Shown piece after piece: positions 8,018 through 15,355 of a stretch of 54,328 nucleotides of DNA. The DNA lies in IMG/VR virus record IMGVR_UViG_3300037424_000442, positions 1 through 54,328 of that record; one strand, written 5' to 3'. This stretch comes from a virus. The notes under the pieces were generated by a model. It saw only the letters and a program-made list of their open reading frames with translations, was not told the origin of the DNA and did not search any database. The position numbers and the translations under genes were made by a program. Numbering within the stretch: the stretch's first letter is position 1; each line of letters begins with the position of its first letter.

Positions 8018-8183
8018 TTTTATACATCCCTTCCAGTATAATGTTTGATAGTTTGTTTATTGCGCATTCCATGTAATCAGGTCGATCTATATCGGCTTTT
8101 ATTACTTTTAGCGTTCTTTCATGCAAACCTGTTTTAACCCTGTTGAATGTTACTCTTTTTGAATAGTCTTTTTTCTTACTCAT
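8010..8183 (-). CDS. small basic protein (57 aa), possible ribbon-helix-helix
   Basis: ATG at 8183. Translation MSKKKDYSKRVTFNRVKTGLHERTLKVIKADIDRPDYMECAINKLSNIILEGMYKND. Overlaps the next gene by 8 nt. Confidence 0.4.
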   Translation of the reverse strand: MSKKKDYSKRVTFNRVKTGLHERTLKVIKADIDRPDYMECAINKLSNIILEGMYKND

Positions 8184-8403
8184 TATTTAACCCTGTTTGT
8201 TATGACTGTATTTATACATTGTTTTTATTCTCATATCCATCACAACATAATGGATAAGATGTACCTTTTATTTTAGATAACGAACATTTAAAATATCCGT
8301 AATAATGAATACACGTATAACAAATAGGCGATCCATTAGTTGTAGCAACAAAAATATTATCGTTTATTCTTTTTATCTTATCACCTCAATAAAAAAGGCT
8401 ATT

Positions 8404-8476
8404 AGCTCCCCTCAGATTCGAACTGAGACTCAAAAGTTCCTAAGACTTTCGGCTTTGCCAGTTATCCCAGAGAGCC
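8404..8476 (-). tRNA. tRNA-like gene, anticodon UAG (Leu box, CUA/CUN), class-I architecture
   Basis: 73-nt cloverleaf read by hand. Acceptor stem GGCUCUC/GGGAGCU (G1-U72 wobble). Anticodon arm AAAGU-CUUAGGA-ACUUU. 5-nt variable loop. T arm CUCAG-UUCGAAU-CUGAG. Discriminator A; CCA not encoded. Confidence 0.6.
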
Positions 8477-8479
8477 ATT

Positions 8480-8580
8480 AGACGAGGTGAGAGTCGAACT
8501 CACACTAGATAGGGCTTAAACCTATTGCCTCTGCAGATAGGGCTTAAACCTATTGCCTCTGCCAATTGCGCTACTCGTCC
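8480..8580 (-). tRNA. tRNA-like gene, anticodon UAA (Leu UUA/UUG), interrupted by a 28-nt tandem duplication of the anticodon arm
   Basis: 101 nt. Deleting one 28-nt copy leaves a canonical 73-nt cloverleaf. Acceptor stem GGACGAG/CUCGUCU, anticodon arm AUAGG-UUUAAGC-CCUAU, T arm GUGAG-UUCGACU-CUCAC, discriminator A. The D stem is weak. Confidence 0.45.
8507..8562. repeat. perfect 28-bp tandem duplication (8507-8534 = 8535-8562) inside the tRNA-like gene
   Basis: agatagggcttaaacctattgcctctgc occurs twice back to back. Confidence 0.95.
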
Positions 8581-8637
8581 ATTAAAAAAGCTACCATTAA
8601 ACACTCGGGCGGTTGACATACCCATTTTATGTGCTTA

Positions 8638-8666
8638 ATAATAGCTTTAGTTGTCAACCATTACAA
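8638..8666 (-). promoter_or_regulatory. sigma70-like promoter candidate upstream of the tRNA pair
   Basis: Minus strand reads TTGTAA, a 17-nt spacer, then TATTAT. It lies between the stop of the 8672 gene and the tRNAs. The AT-rich background weakens the call. Confidence 0.35.
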
Positions 8667-8671
8667 TCATA

Positions 8672-8920
8672 TCATTTAGGAGGTCTAAAGTCAATCCCTT
8701 TGGCTTCAAAGTCCATCAGTATATTGCTATATAGCCTTATGTCTTCTTCATAGATCATTATATTAAATAAATTATCATCTTTATTATACCCTTGATATAA
8801 TATCATGTACAATTTATTACACATGCCTTTTGTATAATACGATCTAAGTTTTCCATATTCAGAAATTAGTAGTCTATATGTTTCAATAAGTTTTTCGTTT
8901 ATATATTTTTCATCTGACAT
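8672..8920 (-). CDS. hypothetical protein (82 aa from the second ATG)
   Basis: The ORF track starts at 8932. The ATG at 8920 has a GGGGG Shine-Dalgarno 5 nt upstream and is favoured. Confidence 0.55.
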   Translation of the reverse strand: MSDEKYINEKLIETYRLLISEYGKLRSYYTKGMCNKLYMILYQGYNKDDNLFNIMIYEEDIRLYSNILMDFEAKGIDFRPPK

Positions 8921-9059
8921 ACTCGCCCCCATACAATTTATTTATTTTACCCTGAGCTTCTTTTATCTCGTTTATTTCGACAATTACCTTGTATTTAATT
9001 TCGACTATATTGCCTTTTTTGAATAGTTTACGATATCTTGTCATATCTCGTTTTGTCAT
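8910..9059 (-). CDS. small basic protein (49 aa)
   Basis: ATG at 9059 overlaps the upstream stop (ATGA). Translation MTKRDMTRYRKLFKKGNIVEIKYKVIVEINEIKEAQGKINKLYGGEYVR. Confidence 0.4.
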   Translation of the reverse strand: MTKRDMTRYRKLFKKGNIVEIKYKVIVEINEIKEAQGKINKLYGGEYVR

Positions 9060-9220
9060 TTTCCATCATCCATAAATTTATTTTGTTTGTCGATGTGTAA
9101 GTCTTCTAGATACTCACAATAGCCTATAGTAGGCTTATGGTTTCTTTCTACTATGTCAAAATAAAGTGGCTGTTTGCCTGTTAGCTCTTTGTATTGTTTT
9201 CTTAGTTCTATTCTAGTCAT
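9056..9220 (-). CDS. small protein (54 aa)
   Basis: ATG at 9220 preceded by AAAGGAG. Translation MTRIELRKQYKELTGKQPLYFDIVERNHKPTIGYCEYLEDLHIDKQNKFMDDGK. Confidence 0.5.
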   Translation of the reverse strand: MTRIELRKQYKELTGKQPLYFDIVERNHKPTIGYCEYLEDLHIDKQNKFMDDGK

Positions 9221-9232
9221 AATATAACTCCT

Positions 9233-9361
9233 TTATTCATCTTTCCAACATACACAAGGCTTATGCCCACCACAATACGGACAATAATCTTGCATAATCT
9301 CAAGTCGCTCCTCTTCAGTTAAACTGTCAATCATCTCTTTAATTTTTTCTATTCTAGTCAT
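9233..9361 (-). CDS. small Cys-rich protein (42 aa)
   Basis: ATG at 9361 overlaps the methylase stop; AGAGGT upstream. Translation MTRIEKIKEMIDSLTEEERLEIMQDYCPYCGGHKPCVCWKDE. Confidence 0.45.
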   Translation of the reverse strand: MTRIEKIKEMIDSLTEEERLEIMQDYCPYCGGHKPCVCWKDE

Positions 9362-10346
9362 TGGTTACCTCTGTTAATTCATCAAACATTGTCATGTCAT
9401 CTTCTTCTTTTTTCTTATAAAAATCTTTTGCACCCTCTAGGTTTTTTACGGATTGCTTATAGTATGATTCTTTTAACTCAATTCCTATCCCTTTTCTATC
9501 ATTAGCAACTGCACCAAAAACCTCACTCCCGACACCCATAAAAGGAGTCAATATAGTTTCACCCTCATTTGATCTTAATTGTATAATTCTGTTTATCACG
9601 TCTAATTGTAACGGGTGTACGTGTTTTTCATCGTCTTCATCTCTACCCCCAACAAAATCTAAAACCTCGTCAAGCCTTATATCATACCAAACTGAACTTG
9701 CATAATTACGCCATATCCAATGTGAATATCTATTCTCTGTTTGTTTGCCTTTATAATTTAAATATTTATGTATATCATAAGGCATTTTTTCATCGCCTGC
9801 ATAATGAGTTAATCCGAACGGGTGTGCAATCGGAGTTTCATTTATACCTTTTTTCCTAAAAATTAATAGATAATCAGCTCCAGCAACTCCACAATAAATA
9901 GAATCATCAACTACTGTCTTATGTGCTAAATTTTTCTGCATAGTCCTATTCCTTACAGTTAAAGGCTCTTTCCAAATTGCATGTCGAGATATATAATCAA
10001 ATCCTATTTTTTGGTGAAGCCTTATAATATCTCCGGGGAAGTCTTGCAAACCATCTTTGCCAGTATTACTTGTAGGGGTGTCCATACAATGGACCGCCGT
10101 GCATCTTCCTTTTTTTGTTATTCGTTCTATTTCTTTTACTACGAACTCATAATGAATAAAAAAATCTTCGTAACTATCACAATTTGATAAATCTCTATCA
10201 GAGCTTGAATATTGATATAGTCCACAGAATGGGGGGCTATATATAGATAAATGTATTGATTCTTCTGGCATCTTTGCCATTACTTCTAAGCAATCGCCAT
10301 TATAAATAGCGTAATCACTCGTAATTTTTTGTTCTTTTATAGCCAT
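9354..10346 (-). CDS. DNA methyltransferase (N6-adenine or N4-cytosine, beta-class motif order)
   Basis: Catalytic SPPF motif near the N-terminus (LSIYSPPFCG). AdoMet motif FxGxG near the C-terminus (LTPFMGVGSEVFGA). No cognate nuclease seen. Confidence 0.8.
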   Translation of the reverse strand: MAIKEQKITSDYAIYNGDCLEVMAKMPEESIHLSIYSPPFCGLYQYSSSDRDLSNCDSYEDFFIHYEFVVKEIERITKKGRCTAVHCMDTPTSNTGKDGLQDFPGDIIRLHQKIGFDYISRHAIWKEPLTVRNRTMQKNLAHKTVVDDSIYCGVAGADYLLIFRKKGINETPIAHPFGLTHYAGDEKMPYDIHKYLNYKGKQTENRYSHWIWRNYASSVWYDIRLDEVLDFVGGRDEDDEKHVHPLQLDVINRIIQLRSNEGETILTPFMGVGSEVFGAVANDRKGIGIELKESYYKQSVKNLEGAKDFYKKKEEDDMTMFDELTEVTND

Positions 10347-11713
10347 GATGGTAAGCTCTCCTCTAAGTTATATTTTTTATATCTATCAATATTGATAGAG
10401 TTATTCATTTCCTTAACTAAATGTTCAAACATTTTCTCAGCTTGTTTTTGTTTTCTCTCTAAATTATATATAACATTTTCGAATCCTTCGGAATAAATTA
10501 CATCGACGTTAACCTCTCTTTTCTGACCAAATCTCCAGCATCTTCTAATAGCTTGATAAAATTGCTCGTAAGAGTGCGTAGGAAAAAATATTACATGATT
10601 GCAATGTTGCCAATTTAAACCAAACGATCCTATTTTTGGTTTAATAATCATAACTCTTATTTTGCCATTAGAGAAATTTATTAGTTTTTCTTCTTTTGAC
10701 TCGTCGCTGTCTCTACCACTAATTTGAACCGCATCGGGGATAAGCCTATCTAATAAATCTCCCTCATCATTTAAGTTACACCATATCACAGCATATCCAT
10801 TTGTGTTGTTAACTTTATTCGCAGCTTCTTCGCATCGATCTGTTATAGTTTGCCTTATCTCTTGCCGTTCTTCTTGTAATCCAATTGCCATATATGAAAA
10901 TTCTGGAAAATAACCATCAGGGGTATATACCGATAATTTTAATAAATGGTTTTTTATGTTTAGTTTAGGCAATATAAATTTATTATCATCATATCCTAAA
11001 TCGGAGGGTTTTCTTATAGCTCTTGACCAGCTTGTTACCCATCTCCAAAAATGATCGTGGGCATGTCCTTTTAATCTCCATTTTACTTGATTCCTTGAAT
11101 TACTTTTTGTCGAACTATTGTTAGCTTCATTCTTAAAAAACTTACTTAACATATCCATATATCCAAGATATCCAAGCGCTTCGCTGGACGTGCCAAGTTC
11201 AATATAATCATTCGGGGCTGCCGTTGCGGTTGCTAACAATCTATATTTTATTTTTCTCATAAATATATTTATCTCTTGTTTATAAGCACCATCAAAGTTT
11301 TTTAAGATCGAACTTTCATCACAAACAACACCACTAAAATCATTTGCATCAAAATTATGTAAACTCTCGTAGTTAGTAATAATTAATTTTTTACTGAACT
11401 TCCCATTTTTTGAACGTTCAACATCTGGAATGTTAAACTTTTCAGCCTCTTGTAACATTTGCATTGAAACCGCTAAAGGAGTTAATAATAATACAGGATT
11501 GTTTGTGTGTTCAATAACATTTTGACACCATACTAACTCTTGAAAACTTTTTCCAAGTCCACAATCTTCAAATAATGCTGATCGGCCTTTTAACAATGAC
11601 CATTCGACCAGTTCTTTCTGAAAGTCAAAAAGATTATCCGGCATAAACAAATATTTAAAACCATGATTTTCAGATATATTTCTTTTTTTTTCTAAAAACT
11701 CTTTATATTCCAT
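10337..11713 (-). CDS. SNF2/DEAD-like superfamily 2 helicase
   Basis: Walker A DCGLGKS. Motif II VVCDESSILKN. Motif III LATATAAPN. Motif VI QAIRRCWRFGQKREV. Confidence 0.8.
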   Translation of the reverse strand: MEYKEFLEKKRNISENHGFKYLFMPDNLFDFQKELVEWSLLKGRSALFEDCGLGKSFQELVWCQNVIEHTNNPVLLLTPLAVSMQMLQEAEKFNIPDVERSKNGKFSKKLIITNYESLHNFDANDFSGVVCDESSILKNFDGAYKQEINIFMRKIKYRLLATATAAPNDYIELGTSSEALGYLGYMDMLSKFFKNEANNSSTKSNSRNQVKWRLKGHAHDHFWRWVTSWSRAIRKPSDLGYDDNKFILPKLNIKNHLLKLSVYTPDGYFPEFSYMAIGLQEERQEIRQTITDRCEEAANKVNNTNGYAVIWCNLNDEGDLLDRLIPDAVQISGRDSDESKEEKLINFSNGKIRVMIIKPKIGSFGLNWQHCNHVIFFPTHSYEQFYQAIRRCWRFGQKREVNVDVIYSEGFENVIYNLERKQKQAEKMFEHLVKEMNNSINIDRYKKYNLEESLPSWL

Positions 11714-11729
11714 ACGCGTACTATCTCAC

Positions 11730-12776
11730 TTAATCTTTGTCTACATCTATTCCGCTTATTTCAAAAAACATTTTTTTGTCAAATTCTGGCAAGGATTGAA
11801 TATAATCTATTGCTTCTCTCGGCATACCAGACCAGTCAAGGTCCTCATATCCGAAAATTTTATCACTCGGAATTTCTGAATTGTTACTAATCTCTTCTTT
11901 TAGCAGGTGATAGTTGTTGGCTTTTGGCAACCACCCGCAGAGGGAGATGTATAATTTTTCTTTTATTTTTTCAAACCTTTCTTTTGTTATTTTTTTATTA
12001 AATATCTTATATGTTTCTTTTTTATTTAAATTAAATAACTCATTTGCAATGCCATTACATTTTTTGATCCCAAAAGAATTATGAATGCCGTTCGAGCAGT
12101 TGTTGCCGTTCGAGTAGTTGTTGCCGTTCGAGAAGTTGTTGCCGTTCGAGTAGTTGTTGCCGTCCGAGTAGTTGTTGCCGTTCGAGCAGTTGTTGCCGTC
12201 CGAGTAGTTGTTGCCGTTCGAGCGGTTGTTGCCGTTCGAGCAGTTGTTGCCGTCCGAGTAGTTGTTGCCGTTCGAGAAGTTGTTGCCGTCCGAGCGGTTG
12301 TTGCCGTTCGAGCAGTTGTTGCCGTTCGAGTAGTTGTTGCCGTTCGAGCAGTTGTTGCCGTCCGAGTAGTTGTTGCCGTTCGAGCGGTTGTTGCCGTCCG
12401 AGTAGTTGTTGCCGTTCGAGCGGTTGTTGCCGTTCGAGCAGTTGTTGCCGTCCGAGCGGTTGTTGCCGTCATCAATAGATTGCTTTTTGATAATTTCAAT
12501 CATCTCTTGAAAATCAAATAATCTTATTATTTTAATTTTACTCGCACAAAATTTGTCTGTTTTTTCGCCTAAAATCTTCCCGTACAACTCAACCTCAACA
12601 AATTTATTTCTCTGGTTAGGTGCATAATAATCAAAACATCTTTGCATATAATGGCAAGCATGGAATCCCTTGTTACACAAGGATATATCAGATTCTGGCA
12701 TTTCATAAGTTTTACCAACCTCATATTGAAATTCATTACATGTAAAATCGTGATTTAAAATTTTATAAGCTCTCAT
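11730..12776 (-). CDS. tandem hexapeptide ([ND]GNN[YCRF]S) repeat protein with conserved N- and C-terminal phage domains
   Basis: 102-aa N-terminal Cys/His domain ([21 protein letters not shown]...[10 protein letters not shown]). Then 21 perfect six-residue repeats plus one degenerate repeat. C-terminal segment ends ...[26 protein letters not shown]. Confidence 0.75.
   Translation of the reverse strand: MRAYKILNHDFTCNEFQYEVGKTYEMPESDISLCNKGFHACHYMQRCFDYYAPNQRNKFVEVELYGKILGEKTDKFCASKIKIIRLFDFQEMIEIIKKQSIDDGNNRSDGNNCSNGNNRSNGNNYSDGNNRSNGNNYSDGNNCSNGNNYSNGNNCSNGNNRSDGNNFSNGNNYSDGNNCSNGNNRSNGNNYSDGNNCSNGNNYSDGNNYSNGNNFSNGNNYSNGNNCSNGIHNSFGIKKCNGIANELFNLNKKETYKIFNKKITKERFEKIKEKLYISLCGWLPKANNYHLLKEEISNNSEIPSDKIFGYEDLDWSGMPREAIDYIQSLPEFDKKMFFEISGIDVDKD
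12093..12470 (-). repeat. 18-bp in-frame tandem repeat x21 (unit ccgt[tc]cgag[cta][ag]gttgttg on + strand)
   Basis: Only three nucleotide positions per 18-mer vary. Every other position, including codon third positions, is invariant across units. Confidence 0.9.
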
Positions 12777-12855
12777 TTACTTCTCCTTTTATTGACTATC
12801 TCGCTTTATTTTTTCTATGTAATAATATTTACAGTTATTTACATTTATTTGTACT

Positions 12856-13965
12856 TTAGCTTAATTTATATTTAATTACATTATCTGATTTATCACCCCT
12901 GCTAATGTACACGTTATTTATTTTTAATATTTTACTTATGTTCTCAATAAAATTATTTTCATTATCACAATATATTATATTGCCATTATAAGTAAATCTA
13001 TATTCATCTTGAATATGATCTAAGCAAGTAATAACTAAATTTTTATTATTATGGAATCTAATATATTCATCTTTATTTATTGCATATTCTAACAACGAAA
13101 CATCTAATATAGACCGTCTAAAATTGCCTTGATATTTATTTGTTTTATTGCTCTCATTTGGATTTATTTTTATATTATGAGGAAGGGTTTCATTTGTCAT
13201 ATATCCATTTCCATGTCTCGTTTGATATGCCCTTGTTACTAGATATATTTCTAATTTTTTTTTAGTAAAATGTTTTATATTATTTATGCCGATGTCTGAT
13301 CTCGTAACGTTAGGGAAAAAGCCATAAGATCGATCTAACATCAACCCTTGATTCCCCTCGTATACATGATCTGTATAGCCTTTTGGGATACCAAATCTTT
13401 TTTGAATTATACTTTTGCTTATTTTAATCTTTTCAATAGCGTCTATAAAGCCATCTAAATTGATTTGTTTTTTATAATAGGTTGAAATGTTTCTTAACTT
13501 TTCGTAGAAAACTTCTCTATAAAATATATCATTAAAAGTTAATGAATAATAATTATTTTCTCTTTCTATTGTCGTCCCAAACCCTACCCCGATACTGCCG
13601 TGATAATTTTTATTTTCTCTATTCTGATTTTCTTTTATATCATACGGAGTTGTTATAGGACAACGTTCATCTAAAAATATAAAAGGAATTATCCCTTGAC
13701 ATTGTAATACTTTTAATTCTTTTAAAAATCCAACGGGTTCAAATGTACAAAATTTACTCCAATACGTTGGAATGCCTCGAAGGCTTCCGGAGCCAAAATT
13801 AGAAAACATATGTCGTATATTTTTATATACGACAGTATGCCCTACTTGATGACCACCTGAAAACCTAATAACTAATGGGTTTTTAGACTTAGAACATATA
13901 TAATCCGTAAAGAGTCCTTTTCCCTCATCTCCAAATCCAATCCCAATAATTACTTTGTTTTTCAT
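12856..13965 (-). CDS. adenylosuccinate synthetase family protein, short form (PurA/PurZ-like)
   Basis: GFGDEGKG P-loop. RFSGGHQVGHT (compare GGHNAGHT). YEGNQGLMLD (compare EGAQG). TRAYQTRHGNG (compare KAYSTRVGAGP). Length 369 aa, versus about 430 aa as I recall for bacterial PurA. Confidence 0.8.
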   Translation of the reverse strand: MKNKVIIGIGFGDEGKGLFTDYICSKSKNPLVIRFSGGHQVGHTVVYKNIRHMFSNFGSGSLRGIPTYWSKFCTFEPVGFLKELKVLQCQGIIPFIFLDERCPITTPYDIKENQNRENKNYHGSIGVGFGTTIERENNYYSLTFNDIFYREVFYEKLRNISTYYKKQINLDGFIDAIEKIKISKSIIQKRFGIPKGYTDHVYEGNQGLMLDRSYGFFPNVTRSDIGINNIKHFTKKKLEIYLVTRAYQTRHGNGYMTNETLPHNIKINPNESNKTNKYQGNFRRSILDVSLLEYAINKDEYIRFHNNKNLVITCLDHIQDEYRFTYNGNIIYCDNENNFIENISKILKINNVYISRGDKSDNVIKYKLS

Positions 13966-14861
13966 AATATTATTTCTTCTTTCTTTTCTGTAATTTTATT
14001 TATTTGTTCTTTATTTTTTATTTTACTATTAACATTTTTAATTATTAGCTCTGGTATTACTTTGGAAATATCTTTATAGTGGTCTACTATAATAAGATTA
14101 TCTCTAAGTATTTGAGTCCATCCATCGATAACATCTTGCCTACTCCCATTGCTACCCTGTTTAATATGAAGGTGATAAACATGATATTTTTCATTTGCTT
14201 TTTCTAAAAGCGAAGCCGATGTAAAATCTTCATATTGTCCATCACCCATAATATTTTTAATCACATTCTTTGGAATATCTAGTAATGTCGGCTCATCACC
14301 AATAGAAATTAATATACCTTTCTGATTTCTTTTTTCTAGGCAATCAATAGATGTATGATACCCAGCAAAATACCAAGATAACAAATAACTTTCCCCATTA
14401 TTACCACCACCGCCACCTTCAAGAAATGTATCAGTAAGCCACTTATCAAGCATTTCATCGCTTGACTCATATTGACCTACTTGTAATGGGGATTTATCGC
14501 ATTCATGGTCACCGATAGCCAAAAAAAGCACCTGAGGATGTTTTATTCCTGACTGAATTATATTCCCCATAATAGTCGGTAATCCTTCTTTAATTAGATG
14601 ATGAGGTATCGACCCCATAGAACCAGTTACATCTAATGCAATTATTATTGCTATACTTTCCGGATGTTCGTCTGAGTCTCTTGATTCTCTAATCTTGACA
14701 TTATAAGGATTCATTGCGTTATTAACCGATCTTTGTTGAAAGGTTTCATTAATTGACATAGATTCATAGTCTATACCCTTTGACCTTAATCTAGATTCTC
14801 TTATGTTCGGGTCATAATCACCCGTAAGACTTGAAACTGAATAACTACCGCCTCCCATCAT
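13962..14861 (-). CDS. von Willebrand factor type A (vWA) domain protein
   Basis: MIDAS-like motif IIALDVTGSMGS followed by alternating hydrophobic strands. Its stop overlaps the PurA-like start (ATGA). Confidence 0.65.
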   Translation of the reverse strand: MMGGGSYSVSSLTGDYDPNIRESRLRSKGIDYESMSINETFQQRSVNNAMNPYNVKIRESRDSDEHPESIAIIIALDVTGSMGSIPHHLIKEGLPTIMGNIIQSGIKHPQVLFLAIGDHECDKSPLQVGQYESSDEMLDKWLTDTFLEGGGGGNNGESYLLSWYFAGYHTSIDCLEKRNQKGILISIGDEPTLLDIPKNVIKNIMGDGQYEDFTSASLLEKANEKYHVYHLHIKQGSNGSRQDVIDGWTQILRDNLIIVDHYKDISKVIPELIIKNVNSKIKNKEQINKITEKKEEIIL

Positions 14862-15199
14862 ACACCTCCGAATAAATATGCAAATCTTTTTTTTGCAATG
14901 TCTAATTTAATTTCTTCATTTCTGATTTTAACACCAAGCTCTAAGTCCTTAGATACATACTCATTTGCATTAAAATCACTTGCAAGTTTTAAGCTCGTGG
15001 CAGTTTCAGGCGACAGGTCAAGCATGTTCTCTTGATCTCTTTTCATACGATTAATATTCACCTCTAAGTCCTCTACTTCTCGCTTATAAAGAAGCTGAGC
15101 ATCTTCAACAATAGCTAATGCTCTGTCGTCTCTTATTTGCTTATTATTTCTTTTAAGAGACTGGAAAAATGCACCTTCATTTTTAATTTCATCACTCAT
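14858..15199 (-). CDS. hypothetical coiled-coil protein (113 aa)
   Basis: Co-oriented ORF. Its stop overlaps the vWA gene start (ATGA). Confidence 0.55.
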   Translation of the reverse strand: MSDEIKNEGAFFQSLKRNNKQIRDDRALAIVEDAQLLYKREVEDLEVNINRMKRDQENMLDLSPETATSLKLASDFNANEYVSKDLELGVKIRNEEIKLDIAKKRFAYLFGGV

Positions 15200-15230
15200 T
15201 TTATTCTCCTTTGTTCTAGTTTATATTTAT

Positions 15231-15305
15231 TCATGCATCATGTCCACGTTTTTTAAATGCTTCCCTTACTATTCCAGAAAATTCACACGCAATTAATATT
15301 CTCAA
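15231..15305 (-). pseudogene. truncated remnant resembling the N-terminus of a phage DNA methyltransferase-like family
   Basis: AAGGAG, 6 nt, then a TTG start. It encodes only (M)RILIACEFSGIVREAFKKRGHDA before a stop. From memory, the ILIACE.SG.VR.AF...GHDAWSCD N-terminus belongs to full-length phage proteins annotated as methyltransferases. Confidence 0.35.
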
Positions 15306-15355
15306 GACCTACTCCTTATAGTTAGGACATAAAAGGCTTTTGTTACTCTATACAT

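Noticed and set aside
8404-8580. Suppressor tRNAs or stop-codon recoding, because the anticodons read 5'-UAG-3' and 5'-UAA-3'
   Set aside because: Those anticodons pair with CUA and UUA (Leu) codons, not with stop codons. Suppressors would need CUA, UUA or UCA. All large genes are intact and tightly packed under the standard bacterial code.
8613-8641. Plus-strand promoter-like TTGACA-17-TAATAA, with an inverted GGTTGACA/TGTCAACC pair
   Set aside because: It would drive antisense transcription into a coding gene on a strand with no genes. The -10 is weak, and such hexamers occur by chance in AT-rich DNA. The inverted repeat might be an operator, but that is unsupported.
12093-12470. Diversity-generating retroelement targeting the Asn-rich (AAC) repeats
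   Set aside because: No reverse transcriptase (YxDD) ORF and no template-repeat/variable-repeat pair exist in this complete genome. Some variable positions are not adenines, for example T/C differences.
12026-12521. ORFs 12026..12499 (-) and 12081..12521 (+), encoding (TATTAR)n and (VVAVRA)n polypeptides
   Set aside because: They are alternative-frame and antisense readings of the 18-bp tandem array. Any frame of a perfect in-frame repeat stays open. Only the NGNNxS frame is continuous with conserved unique N- and C-terminal domains and a Shine-Dalgarno.
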